A DNA stretch of 64,000 nucleotides from Octopus sinensis (GCF_006345805.1 NC_042998.1:195052001-195116000), one strand, 5' to 3'; shown: positions 1-14,902, counted from the first letter of the stretch. The notes: generated by a model from the sequence alone, not told the origin. Numbers and translations: made by a program.

Positions 1-82
1 TTCCCTTCTTTCCTGATTGTCCAATAATACTTTATTTGTTCCACGTCCTTGCATTGTTGTGTTTTCTTGTTTGGATTAACTT

Positions 83-158
<76 letters not shown>

Positions 159-315
159 AATGTATGTATATGTATACATATATATATAGATATATAACGT
201 TTGTTTTTTTCCTTTTTTACAATGCAACCCATGCACATATACACACTCACACTCATATGTATACATATATATGCGTATTCACTTTCTCATACAAATACAC
301 CTTGCACTGAAATAC

Positions 316-720
316 TTATACATACATACATATATTACATACATACATTACATACATACATACATACATGCATACATACATACGTACATACATACATACA
401 TATATACATTCATACATACACACATACATACATACACACACACACACATACATACACACACATACATACATACATACATACATGCATACATACATACATA
501 CATGCATACATGCATACATGCATACATGCATACATGCATACATGCATACATGCATACATACATACACACACATACATACATGCATACATGCATACATGCA
601 TACATACGTACATACAAACACACATACATACATACACACATACATACATGCATACATACATACATACATACATACATACATACATACATACACTCATATA
701 TACACATACATTTCTACACA
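316..720. repeat. (TACA)n/(TGCATACA)n microsatellite
   Basis: Direct reading; explains the spurious His/Thr/Tyr/Ile ORFs. Confidence 0.97.
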
Positions 721-781
721 CTTACACACAAATACTTATACAAACACTTACATGCATGCGTACGAATCTTTGTGCTTTCAG

Positions 782-1058
782 CTTTTCGCTGAACCAAATA
801 ACAGGTGTTGTAACAGTGAGCAATTGTCTTTCGCCTGGAATAAGCCCATGTCTGGATTATGAAGTGAAGCGACAATATAACCTCACTGTGTTAATTGTGG
901 ATAACAAAAACAACCCAAGCAATCTCCAGAAGAAGCAGGTGGAGTTGATCATCAATATATTGGATGAGAATGATAATGCCCCTATATTCTCTCAGTCTGT
1001 GTATTATGGGAAAATATTAGAAGGAAATACCAATATGCTTGATGATGTTCTTGTCAAT
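782..1058 (+). CDS. Cadherin exon 1 in window (FSLNQITG...[13 protein letters not shown]...DENDNAP...DVLVN)
   Basis: Acceptor tgctttcag|, donor |gtaagt; LDYE and DENDNAP motifs; ends phase 0. Confidence 0.93.
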
Positions 1059-4000
1059 GTAAGTCTTCACCTTTTCTTTACAAATTACTGAGAAAGTCAT
1101 GTACATCAAATAATCACATTTAAACCATTTGAATGCTTGTACTTTGTACAGACAGCTATTTTAAAAAACAAGAAATTGCACGTTACTGAAGGTATGCTTG
1201 TATGTATACACACTTGTATGTGCATATATATAGAGACAAGTGTGCAAATAAACAAATAAAACTGCTTGGGTATGACATACAAAATATATATACATATATA
1301 TATACATATATAAGCGCAGGAGTGGCTGTGTGGTAAGTAGCTTGCTAACCAACCACATGGTTCCGGGTTCAGTCCCACTGCGTGGCATCTTGGGCAAGTG
1401 TCTTCTGCTATAGCCCCGGGCCGACCAATGCCTTGTGAGTGGATTTGGTAGACGGAAACTGAAAGAAGCCTGTCGTATATATGTATATATATATAAGTGT
1501 GTGTGTATATGTTTGTGTGTCTGTGTTTGTCCCCCTAATATTGCTTGACAACCGATGCTGGTGTGTTTACGTCCCCGTCACTCAGCGGTTCGTCAAAAAG
1601 AGACCGATAGAATAAGTACTGGGCTTACAAAGAATAAGTCCCGGGGTCGATTTGCTCGACTAAATGGTGGTGCTCCAGCATGGCCGCAGTCAAATGACTG
1701 AAACAAGTAAAAGAGTAAGAGAGTATATACATATCCTCAATTGCTTTATTTACCAAACTACTGTTGATTCAGATTGCTGGTTCCTCTGTTGGGTCCACAT
1801 TCGGTGGACTCTCCTTCTCCCATGCATTCTCCACATTTAGCAGCCTTTCATAGTGGCACTTCTAAGCCGCTTTATTTGCAGAATCACTACGTGCAAATGA
1901 ACCACCATCCATACAAATGCACACTTCATACATACATGGTGGCTGCCCCCCCACCCCGTTCGTTATCGAGTATGGCCACTGCACGAAGCTTAATCAATGT
2001 TGTTATCGCGCAATGCTTGGGCAAGAAGATTTCTTTTAAAGTGGGGAAAGGCTGTGCACTGAGTCAATCCCACTCACTAAGCAACAGCAGCCATAATCCG
2101 AAAAGAAGAACAAGTCAACATCATCGGTAACCACTGAGCCGCAGGTTTCATCTCGGAGTTATCCCAGTTACCTGAGTTACCTTCTCCTAGAAGGATACCC
2201 TAAAATAAATAAAAAAAAAGATAAAACTTGAACACAGCTGTATATTTAATGACACCCCCTCCCCCCACAAATTTGCATACATACATTCATCATGTAGCAT
2301 TTTCCTCACTTTATATTTCTTTACATGAACCTCCATCACATCTCCAAAATTGCAATATAACTACATATATATACAATATTTTTCAAGACTAGTGTATCCT
2401 GAAGAACTGAAATATGTAAACGTAGTCTTTATGTAGTTTATTTTTCTTCCCTCTGTGTATATTTGTGTGTGTGTGAGTGTGACCATGTGTTTTTATACTT
2501 GTTTACTGATGTAGTAATGATGCATTTCCCCAAATGCATCTTTACAACAATAATTTTTACCAAAGTTAGATATTAATCAAGTGCTTGTCTTTCTATTGTA
2601 TTATTCAGCAAGTAACCGATTCAGATACAGTGGGTCGCCTACAGTTCTCTATAAAAACGCAGGATGTAAGTGGATTGTTTGCAATTAATCCAGACACTGG
2701 TAAACTGACTGCACAAAGGCCGGTCAGTCTCACTGATGCAAGAAATGATGCTTAGTAAGTTACTTGTAATTATTACTAATTAACAGCTTTGCATTAATTT
2801 TTTTTTTTTAATTTTCATTAATTTGATACAAGCCCTGAGCTGAGTAAACTAATAAGGAGAGTACAGGAGGCGGTCGAAAAAGCCAGCTTCTATATATGGC
2901 TGAAGCAGGAAGACCGAAAATGGCTTGAAAGTCATAAACACGCTGACGGGAAATAACATCATTAGGTGAGACAAGCTGACACTGAATCAGCTTCGCTGAC
3001 TGACAGGTGACGGTCGTTTAGAAAAAGCGTGGGCTAAAACTACGCGCCTTCACTAGTCAGTTAAGGTGAGACAGTGTCACGTGACAACTTGCTGGGGCTG
3101 CCTGCTGGAGCCTATGCGGCAGGTATTTAAAGGGAGAAATTTGACAAGACTGACACTCGCTGACGATACATCAAAGAGGCCAGGGAACAGAAGAAAGAAG
3201 AAGAAAGAAGACATGTACCCAACACCAGAGCTGAAGTCACCTTCGAAAGTAAGGGGCACCGCAACGTCAAAACAGTAGAGGAGTAGGGGCCGGAACCGGA
3301 CGTGGTTCCTCCTGATGATGTCTTGAGCTAACTGGATCCTATAAAGGAGCTGTTGGGGTAGCAGACCACGAAACACAGTTGTAATTCCTGTGTATCATTG
3401 AAGGAAATGTTGATACAAGTAGAATTTTTTTTCTATTCCTAACCACTCAGCTGAGAAGTTAGAGTGGTACCTAGGTATCTATTGACAGTTTAGCAGACTG
3501 TGACAAACAAAGGAGAGTATCTTGGCAAGATTCACAATAAGTTTGAATCCATGATGTTCTAGTTAAAAATCCAGTGTTGTAACATCACAACCACTGAACT
3601 TAATCCTTTGGCATGAAATTAAAGGAATGCTCGAGGATGGGGAAGGCCAATTATCTTTATATATAAAAGTGAAGTTGTGTGTCTGTCTCCTATGATTTAG
3701 ATTCCTAACTACTCCCACATTTTGCGGTGCAGTTTAACCAAAAGCGGGTATCTTATAGTCGTGATTCATATCGAGCCCTTCTGGGTATTAGCGCGCGTCT
3801 ACGATGAGTCTACGATTTAAAAAAAATTTACCATCATTTTTTCCCATTTTTAATGCATTTTTTTCGCTATTATATAAGGGAAGTAACTCTCTAAAAATGC
3901 TTATATAGTTATTTCCCTTACAAACCCGAGCAACGCCGGGCGATACTGCTAGTTGGAAATAAAGTGACTGTTCAACTTGTGTATCATCCATGAAATTAGT

Positions 4001-7000
4001 AGCAAATTTTTTGCCCACTTTCAAGATAGAATGAAGTTTCTCACAATTCTAGTGATTTGCAATGAGTTTCAGCATCCAGTCAGTTGTTTCAAGATATTTA
4101 GCCAGTCCATTTGTCATGGTTTTGTAAGAATTATTATTTTCAATTTTTTCTTTCTAGCAATGATGTTGAAGTGACTGTTACTGACGGTGTTAAATCTGCC
4201 TTGGCAACTGTAAGGATTGAAATCATTGTAAGTATATGTCATTGAACAACTGTTTTACCAAACACATTATCTTCATCAGTATCACCATCATTACCATCAC
4301 CTATTTCTTTACTACCCACAAGGGGCTAAACACAGAGAGGACAAACAAACGGATTAAGTCGATTACATCGACCCCAGTGCGTAACTGGTACTTGATTTAT
4401 CGACCCCGAGAGGATGAAAGGCAAAGTCGACCTCGGCAGAATTTGAACTCAGAACATAACGGCAGACGAAATACAGCCAAGCATTTCGTCCGGCGTGTTA
4501 ACGATTCGGCCAGCTCACCAGCTTCGTTACCATCACCGTCACCTTATTATCATCACTATTGTCATCAATATTATTAACATCATCATTATTATCATAATAA
4601 TCACCATTATTATTATTACCATTACCATAACTACACTCTCGGAATGGTTGGTGTTAGGAAGGGCATCCAGCTGTAGAAACTCTGCCAGATCAGATTGGAG
4701 TCTGGTCCGCTAGACCTCAGTCAAATCGTCCAACCCATGCTAGCATGGAAGGCGGACGTTAAATGATGATAATGATGATGATGATGATGATTATTACCAT
4801 CACCATCACCACCACATCACTGTTATTGTTATCATATCTGCACTATAGGACTGTAGAGTGGAGTGTAGAGGGCACAACTGGTCCAATGTAATCTCCTATA
4901 CAGAGACTTTGAGTCAGGCCAAAATGATAGAAGAGGTAACAGAAAGTAGGTAAGTCTTGTAGTAATTAATGGTAAGAGTGACAGAAAAGTGTGTAATTGG
5001 GAGATGAGGTTATCACAGAGTTTGGGGAAGGTGACTTTGGCAAACCTCGTGGTACATCTCAGTCCGTTTTACAACCACTATTTACGTGACTTTCAATCTG
5101 CCATGCCTGCACTGTTGGTTGTGCCTTCTGTGGTTACTGGTCAACAAAGTCTCTTCTCGTCTCCCTCATGCAATGCAGCATCTTGAATCAGCCTCCATGA
5201 CTTCATCCTAAATCCTCCTTGGTCCCCTTCCTCAGATGCCATTCCTCTGGGTCCATCGCTTTTCTTTATACAGCTGTCACCATTCAAGCACACCAGGTAT
5301 TCATACTATGGAAGCACTCCGTCGGTTACAACGATGAGGGTTCCGGTTGATCCGAATCAACAGAACAGCCTGCTCATGAAATTAACATGTAAGTGGCTGA
5401 GCACTCCACAGACACGTGCACCCTTAACGTAGTTCTTGGGGATATTCAGCGTGACACAGAGAGTGACAAGGCCGGCCCTTTGAAATACAGGTACAACAGA
5501 AACAGGAAGTAAGAGTGAGAGAAAGTTGTGGCAAAAGAGTACAGCAGGGATCACCACCATCCCCTGCCGGAGCCTCGTGGAGCTTTTAGGTGTTTTCGCT
5601 CAATAAACACTCACAACGCCCGGTCTGGGAATCGAAACCGCGATCCTACGACCGCGAGTCCACTGCCCTAACCACTGGGCCATTGCGCCTCCACTATTCA
5701 TACTATAACACTCTACTCTCATGTGCTCTATATCTGATTCCTCTTAAACTTTAACAAAGTACATACACAAACAGCTATTCACACACAAAGCTCATTCTAC
5801 CACTTATCATGAGGAACCTACACAGCTAACAACCTAGACTTTAGTCACTGGACTACATACAAACAACTCCTGTCTACTCTCTCACCAAACAGATTAAATT
5901 TGGAGTACCTTGATTGCAACTAAAGATGTTCATTCAACCATGTCAGCCTATATTTTAGGCACAGAATATACTGCCACATTACACTAATGCATGGACGTAA
6001 CCGGAAACGTACAGAAGGTTCTAAACTTAAATTATGTGTTCATTCTCTACAAACACTTGACAGGAAACGTTCAGAGTATTGATTGTTTAGTACTATCACT
6101 AGACTTGTTCAGTAAACTGTGTCAGCTTTAACTTACGATGCTACACATTGTCACATGATACGAACACACAGTCGTAGTGAGGAACCAACAAAAATTTCTT
6201 AGATTAGCCATGTGACTATCCTCTACTAATCAAAACCTATACAAAACATATTAATTTGAGCCATGGACTCTCTATAAAAGTTAAGTTAAGTTAAGTTAAT
6301 TTTTTGGCTCAAAAAGCAAGGCCATGTAGGGGGACATGGAGTTATGTACAGGGAGGGTGTTCATGCAAAGAGTTCAGGCCATTTCTGATCAAGAGAGGCT
6401 TTGAACCGAGCGGTCATCGGCATCTTCACTATCTCGTCCAGCAGCTTATTCCACAGATCCGCAACCCAGACAGAGAAAGCTCCTCTCCTTCGATTGAGAT
6501 GAAATCATCGCAGATAGAGCTTTTCGGAGTGACCCCGCAGCCTACGCTCTGGAGCAGGAGTGAAGAACAGCTCTTTCGAGAGGTTATACTTTCCGCTTAT
6601 GATGTTGTGAACAAGAATGAGATCACCACGGCATCGTCGTTTTTCTAGAGATTAAAGGTCGAGCGTCTTCAGCCTTTCTTCATAAGACAAATTCTTGAGA
6701 CCAAGAACCATGCGGGTAGCCAGCTTCTGGACTCTTTCGAGATGCTGTATGTCTTTGAGGAGATAAGGAGAATCCCGTACTCCAATATGGGTCTCACCAG
6801 CGTGACATAGAGCTGTAGGAATATGGCTGTTGTGAGCATTCCGAATGACCGTCGAATCAAAAACAGAACTCCGTGTGCTTTGTTGGCAGCATGGACGCAC
6901 TGGGCCAAAGGCGAAAAGGAAGAATCCACCAAGATACCCAGGTCCTTTACCTGGTCGGTCCTCTCCAGCAGCAGATGACCCGGCTCGAAATCAAGTTGAG

Positions 7001-7777
7001 TTGCAGGAGAAGAGCCAACAGGCAGATGACAGCACTTTGACACGTTCAGACACAGGTTCCATTCGTTAGACCATCTCCAAATTTGGTGGAGGCATCAATG
7101 AAGATCCTCTATATCGTTGCGATGAGCGACCAGTTTTGACATCGTCGGCAAATAGAAGGGTGTGTTGTGTGAGGTCATCGGGCAAGTCATTTATGAAGAC
7201 TAAAAACAATAAGGGCCCAAACACTGAACCTTGAGGCACGCCACTGCTCGCACTGGAGACGTTGGACAGCGAACCATTAACTTGGACTTGGAAGGAGCGA
7301 TCTGAGAGGAAGGCACCAACCCATCGTACAATATCCAGATGGAAACTATATGCTTGAAGCATGACAAGTAATAGGCGGTGGTTAAACGAGTCAAAAGCTT
7401 TGGCAAAGTCCAATAAAATGATGTCAACAGCATCACCATCATCCAGGATACGCATCACCAATTCTTCCATTACCAGCAAGTTGGTCAAGCACGATCTCTT
7501 CGGCATAGGGCAAGCTCCAAACACTAGTCAGTAGCAAAACAGCTGAGACATAAGCCATGTCTTTCTAATTCATCATCATCGTTTAACGTCCGTTTTCCGT
7601 GCTAGCACAGATTGGACGGTTCGACCGGGGTCTGGGAAGCCAGGAGTATGCACCAGGGTCAATTCAAATTTTTGAAAATCAGTGCAAATTGTGAAACCAG
7701 CTAAATCTTTAAATATAATAAAAACTATTTTAACTATTCTCAGTACATTTTCAAATTTTATTTTCTCCCTCTCTCTC

Positions 7778-7822
<45 letters not shown>

Positions 7823-8549
7823 ATTCCTGCATGTTATATTTTAATAATTACTGGTATCTTTATAAATTAATATATTTTATATGTAAAGCATAATATGTTA
7901 TACATGTATGTATATTCTTGCAATTGTCATTTTAGTAAATAAATAAATAAGTTAACATAATATAATGTCTAAAAGTTGATGAACCACCTATTGATCCCCT
8001 CCATTTTCTTATTACTCTCTCTCTCTCTCTCTCTCTTTATATATATATATATATATATATGTATGCAATATTTTGGATTAATGGGTATATGTCAATTAGT
8101 GTTTTGATATAATCATAATAATAATAATAATAATAATAATAAAACATTGTGTACAGTGCTCAGGTGCACTACAACTCATCTAAAGTGCATGTATAGTACA
8201 TAGGGTAATGTACAAGCATCAGGAAAAGAACAGTGCATGAGTCATGACATACGCATATGTGTATGAGTATGGAAGGGGGACAATCAGGCGTAGTTTCGGC
8301 GGATTTCGGAAAGCATGAGGGCCTTAAAGGATGCAGTGTCATGTTGAGTTGAGTTGAGTAAAGTACTGGCATGGTTTCTGCTACCTGGTGTCATCCATAG
8401 TTGTGGTATATTTCCGTTGGATCTACTTCAGGAATTCCACAGTGTCAGTTGAGATAATAAGGGATTAAGGAAACAGAAGATGGATGCAACACAACATGAT
8501 GCATAGAATCCCACCCATAAGGGACAGTAGCAGGATGTATATATATTTA

Positions 8550-8607
<58 letters not shown>

Positions 8608-9199
8608 TATATATATACATACACACATATATATGTATATATATATATATGTGTATGTATATATATGTGTGTGTATGTGTGTGTATATATATGTTTGTAT
8701 TCTATGAATAGTTTAGTGTTAACATTTAATACAGGGAACAAAAATCTGCCAATTAGAAAAGTAAAAAGATAAAACATTATTAATTAATGACTACTATCAT
8801 TTGCAATATTGTACATTTAATTCTATGCTTTGCTGATGAGGCCATAATCATATTGAAACATGCTTAGACTTGCTAAGTATATTTTCTTAGATAAGTAAAA
8901 CTATAGTCAAGTGGGAATTGTCATACATGATGTAGAAAGACTAGAAATTTTAATTAATTGAAATTATCCCATTAATGGTAGGAATAATTTATATGACGAA
9001 GTCTAATTTTTCATTTACATTCTGTTTACTTATTTTTACCATTTCCACTGAATTGCAGGATAAAAACAACCACAAACCAACATTTTCTCAAGTTTCCTAC
9101 AAAAAGTGTATTTCAGAACAATTCTCCGGAGGTAAACTTGATAATTCTTTTCATCCTCTCATCATATAATAGCACACGTGCACACACATACACATGCAC

Positions 9200-9285
<86 letters not shown>

Positions 9286-9289
9286 ATGC

Positions 9290-9378
<89 letters not shown>

Positions 9379-10075
9379 TGCACGCACACACACAAGCACA
9401 CACACATGTACCTCTGTTATGCTGGAATTTTTATTCCCTAAAAAATAATATATATATATATATTTACAGGGTAAATGTTTTTTAAATTTTCTCCTGTTTA
9501 CGGAATTAATCTTTATTTGCGGTTGAAGCTTTGGCTGTTATTTCTAGTGGGTGAATGGCCTATTATGGCCGTTCCTTGATTGTTGATGTTGAACTTAAAA
9601 ATGGTCTATGACTATTTAATTTTTTCCCACTAGGCCGCTGGTGGCAAAAAGAATTCTACAAAATTTTTCTTTGCCACCCTATATTGATTAATTATGAATT
9701 TTCTGGTTAATTCCGTAATGGAATCGACGGCTTATATTTATTTGCTGCCGATAAATTTGGCGCGAGTGCGACGATTTGAAAATTTTAGGTCAGATATTAC
9801 CTTGGCAGGGTCGGAAATGCCTCGTGAAAATATCTGTTCCGACTTGGCTCTTTCTTGCTGAAGAATCTGAGGGCCTATGGAAGATTGGCTTGATTTAATT
9901 TAATCAGGTTAGTTTACCATTAAACAGCAGATGAAACGGTGAATCGTACAAGAAATTACAGGGTAAATGTTTTTTAAATTTTCTCCTGTTTACGGAATTA
10001 ATCTTTATTTGCGGTTGAAGCTTTGGCTGTTATTTCTAGTGGGTGAATGGCCTATTATGGCCGTTCCTTGATTGT

Positions 10076-10113
<38 letters not shown>

Positions 10114-10434
10114 AAATATTAGGGAATAAATCTAAACTTACCGGGAAAAATCAGATTTAGGATTAAATCCAATTTTATAGTATAAATATATTATATTATA
10201 TTAAATTAGAGATAAAACCACTATTAGGCAAATCAAACAATGAAAAGCATAAGCCAATACATAAAATTAATTATTTTATATTATTTTAAATATATATCAA
10301 AAGTATTAATATCTTTTATTAAACTTTTAATACTTTTCATATATATTTAAAATAATATAAAATAATTAATTTTATGTATTGGCTTATGTTTTTCATTGTT
10401 TGATTTGCCTAATAGTGGTTTTATCTCTAATTTA

Positions 10435-10476
<42 letters not shown>

Positions 10477-10822
10477 ATATAATAAAATATTAGGGAATAA
10501 ATCTAAACTTACCGGGAAAAATCAGATTTAGGATTAAATCCAATTTTATAGTATAAATATATTATATTATATTAAATTAGAGATAAAACCACTATTAGGC
10601 AAATCAAACAATGAAAAGCATAAGCCAATACATAAAATTAATTATTTTATATTATTTTAAATATATATCAAAAGTATTAATATCTTTTATTAAACTTTTA
10701 ATACTTTTCATATATATTTAAAATAATATAAAATAATTAATTTTATGTATTGGCTTATGTTTTTCATTGTTTGATTTGCCTAATAGTGGTTTTATCTCTA
10801 ATTTAATATAATATATATATAT

Positions 10823-10855
<33 letters not shown>

Positions 10856-13800
10856 CTGTGTGTGTCTTTGTGTTTGTCCTCTCTCCACCATTTGACAACT
10901 AGTGTTGGTGGGTTTATGTTCTTTGTAACTTAGCAGTTCACCAAAAGAAACCTGTAAAATAAGTACCAGGCTTGAAAAACAAAGAAACATTAGGGTAGAT
11001 TCATTTGACTAAAAATTCTTCTGGGCAGTGCCCCAGCATGGCCGCAGTCTAACGACTGAAATAATTGAAAGATAAAATATATGTTTTAAATATTTGATAT
11101 AATGTAATATTCCTTTCACAGGTACATCAGTCTTAAAGGTTCAAGCCACAGATTTAGATCAACCTGGAACACCAAACTCTGACATCACCTACTCAATTGT
11201 CTCTGGGGCAGATGGCTTTTTTGTTATTGAACCAGATGGGGTTATAAAGACCACCTTCCGAGCAATATTTGATTATGAAACTAAGCAAGAGTATTACTTA
11301 ACTGTAAGTCTTGCTTTTATACTCTTCCAAATTTACTGTGGCCATGATATCTTTTTATATAAAAGTCAAGTTGTGTGTCTGTCTCCTACGATTTAGATTC
11401 CTAACTACTCCCACATTTTGCGATGCAGTTTAACCAAAACCGGGTATCTTATAGTCGTGATTCATACCGAGCCCTTCTGGGTATTAGCGCATGTCTACGA
11501 TGAGTCTATGATTAAAAAAAAAATTTACCATAATTTTTTTTCATTTTAATGCATTTTTTTCGCTATTATATAAGGGAAGTAACTCTCTAAAAATGTTTAC
11601 AATGAGTCAACGATTTAAAAAAACATTTACCATCATTTTTTTTCCATTTTTAATGCATTTTTTTGCTATTTTTTGGCTATAACTCTCTAAAAATGCTTTA
11701 TAGTTATTTCCTTTACAAACCCGAGCAACGCCGGGCGATACTCCTAGTTTCTTATATTGCTGTCTTAAGACATCATAACTAATCTGTTCTGAAAATCATT
11801 AGAAATTTGACTCGTATGCTGTAAAATATGTTTTCCTCCCAGTTGCAATTTCTAGTGGTAGCCTGGAGATATAATCATTGTGAAGACTGGTTCTTGTTAG
11901 AGTTTCAAAGACATGTCACGAGAAAGAGGTTATTTCTATTTTTATTAACTCAATTCCTGCCCTTGAAATTGGAGCTGTCTTCAGTATTTCTACTTAATAT
12001 TTCCTTGTGCCATGTAAAAAACATCCAGTCTGCACTGTGAAGCAGCTGCCAGCTGTAATAACCGTGCCAAAACTGACCTTGCCTGTTCTGGCGCCATATA
12101 AAAAGCACTCACTCCTCTCTGTGGGGTGGTTGGTGTTAGGAAGGGTATCCATCTGTAAAAACCATACCAAAACAAACACAGTAACCTGCTGTATTCTTCT
12201 ACCTGGCCAGCTCTTGTCAAGCCATCCAACAGTGGAGGCACATGGCCTAGTGGTTAGAGCAGTTGGATTCGCAGTCGAGGGATTGTGGGTTCGAATCTCA
12301 GACCGGGCGATGTTCTAAAACTGAGAATTCAAATAGCTTCCCATTAGATTCACAGACCCACAGAGATTATCAAAACTAATATAACAAGCTAGCAAAACTC
12401 TTGTTAGTTACGCAATAGTTATTTGTTTTATCCTCATCTTAACATTTGGTCTGGACAAGCTTGTCAGTGTCATGCCGGTATTTTACTAGTGATAACACAC
12501 ACCACCGAACATGCTTGATAGATTTTGATCCTCTTGTGTGTGTATATATATATATATATATACATCTATATAATAATAATATTAGAGAGTATAGCTCCAA
12601 ACTTACAGGGAAAAATTAGATTTAGTATTAAATCAAATTTCACAGTATAAATATATAAAATATGAATTAGAGATAAAACCACTATTAGGCAACTCAAACA
12701 GTGATAGACATAAACCAATACATAAATAACAAATAATATAAATATAATTAATATAATATATAATATATATATATAATTTTAATTTTTTTTTCCCAAAAAG
12801 TATATGTTTGAGTTGCCTAATAGTGGTTTTATCTCTAATTTATATTTTATATACATCTATCTCTTATTATAAAAGCAGATTTTATCTGCCTCCTTTTGTC
12901 AGTTATAGAAATCTACAATATAGGATTTCTTCAATTACAATTTACCTAGCATTTTTAAGAGTAGAATGCATCGGGTTTTGCCAGGTCCAGTTTTTAAAAT
13001 TTAAACTCCAATTAAGCAAAATTTACAGAAAACTCACATTCTGGTGTGTATGTCAAATGCTTTTCCTAGTCTGGTTTACAGCACATGCAAACGCACACAC
13101 ACAGTGTGCAACGAATAAAGTGAAACTAGATGTAATATTTGTTTCTGTCTATCACGCTGATAGATACATGAGTAAAATGTATGGCAAGCTAACAGATAAG
13201 AGTGAGTGAAAATGTTCTTGGAAGAGAGTAAATAGCAACAGAGTGATTTGAGGAAGACTAAACTGAAAGTATGAAACAGTGTTTATGTATAAACAGACGA
13301 CACTTATATATAGTTATTAATAAACGTATGCATCCGTTTAACCCATTCGTTACCAAACCGCCCAAATTTACCTATTCATATTTAAATGAGAATATCAGAG
13401 TAAATCTCTTTAGTACATTCGTGAAAACACGTATTATACTTCGTAAACACTTCAAATACAGTTTTGTACAAAAAGTGTAATTTTAATTCCGTGAATTATG
13501 GGAGATTTTTTCCGAAATTTGTTCCTATTGTGTTTTCAAAATTTGTAATTCTGACAAAAAATGGATACGAATTTCATTATATCAAGCAGCGAGTCAGAAT
13601 TCGAAGGATTTTCTACTGAAGACCTTCATAAATCTAACTCTATGACTGAAAAACAAAAGCATCTTTATATAAGAGTGAAGTTGTGTGTCTGTCTCTTACG
13701 ATTTAGATTCGTAACTACTCCCACATTTTGCGGTGCAGTTTAACCAAAAGCGGGTATCTTATAGTCGTGATTCATATCGAGCCCTTCTGGGTATTAGCGC

Positions 13801-14443
13801 GCATCTACGATGAGTCTACGATTTAAAAGAAATTTACCATCATATTTTTCCATTTTAATGCATTTTTTTCGCTTTTATATAAGGGAAGTAACTCTCTAAA
13901 AATATCTATGATGTGTCAACGATTTAAAAAAAAATTTACCTTAATTTTTTTTCAATTTTTAATGCATTTTTTTGCTATTTTTTGGCTATAACTCTCTAAA
14001 AATGCTTATATAGTTATTTCCCTTACAACCCGAGCAACGCCGGGCGATATTGCTAGTATATATATAAAGCTGAAGTTGTCTGTGTGTGGCAGGTTTGGTA
14101 GCCTTCAACTAACACTATCTCCTCCGAGACCCTGCGGTGCAAGTTGACCAAAATTGAGAGTATGATAGAAGAAGGCTTGCTCTTCATTCCGTAGATGATG
14201 AAATTCAAATCGGACCATGTTAAGACGAAAAGTTATTTACATCAAAAAGGTGTTTTTTTTCCTATGAAAACCCCTATTTTTTATGATTTTTTGACTGCTG
14301 TGTTGCCATTTTTCAGTGTATTTCAATCAGAAAAATGTTCATTTAAAGAGAATAACAATCTACATCATGCAAAATTTTAACTTTTCAAAAATTCCAATTC
14401 TAAAGGGTTGAAACAAACCCAAGCAATCCCGGGCTATACTGCT

Positions 14444-14504
<61 letters not shown>

Positions 14505-14845
14505 TTTCAGCAATGAGTCTTATAAACCTTTGTTGCTTGAAATTTCAGTTAAACTTAATTCGTCGCTTGTTTTGTGTTTTAGGTTATGGCAAAAGACAAT
14601 GGTTTACCTCCATTGAGTGCTACTACACAGGTCAAAATTTGTATTGATGATTTCAATGATGTAATTCCATATTTCATTCCATTTACAGTCCAAGTAAATG
14701 TCAAAGAAAGTAAGTCTAATCATTCTTGATACATTTTAATTATTTCAGGCAGTTTTAATACATCTATTTTTTTTTGTATTAGTTATTTAATATGAGTAGG
14801 GGTATTATTGGTAATCTTTAAGACTATATATATATATATTGGTAT

Positions 14846-14902
<57 letters not shown>

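Noticed and set aside
32-862. Many overlapping ORFs rich in H/T/Y/I or M/C/V
   Set aside because: Microsatellite translations. The same applies at 8428..9485, 31868..32468 and 51084..51868.
2750-2760. Apparent in-frame TAG stop at the end of cadherin exon 2
   Set aside because: The G is the first base of the gtaagt donor. TA joins C of exon 3 to give Tyr, so there is no sign of pseudogenisation.
3301-3378. CTGATGA...GAAAC hammerhead-like words
   Set aside because: The bases after CTGATGA do not pair with those before GAAA, and no stem I/III closes.
5620-5694. tRNA gene-like sequences (also near 12232, 17927, 23708, 33010, 57115)
   Set aside because: They are SINE heads: they continue into a shared repeat body, several have TSDs, and the acceptor stems do not pair.
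8828-8872. CTGATGA...GAAAcatg hammerhead-like words (a similar weak case at 2386..2430)
   Set aside because: Stems I and II are not supported; at best a heavily decayed remnant.
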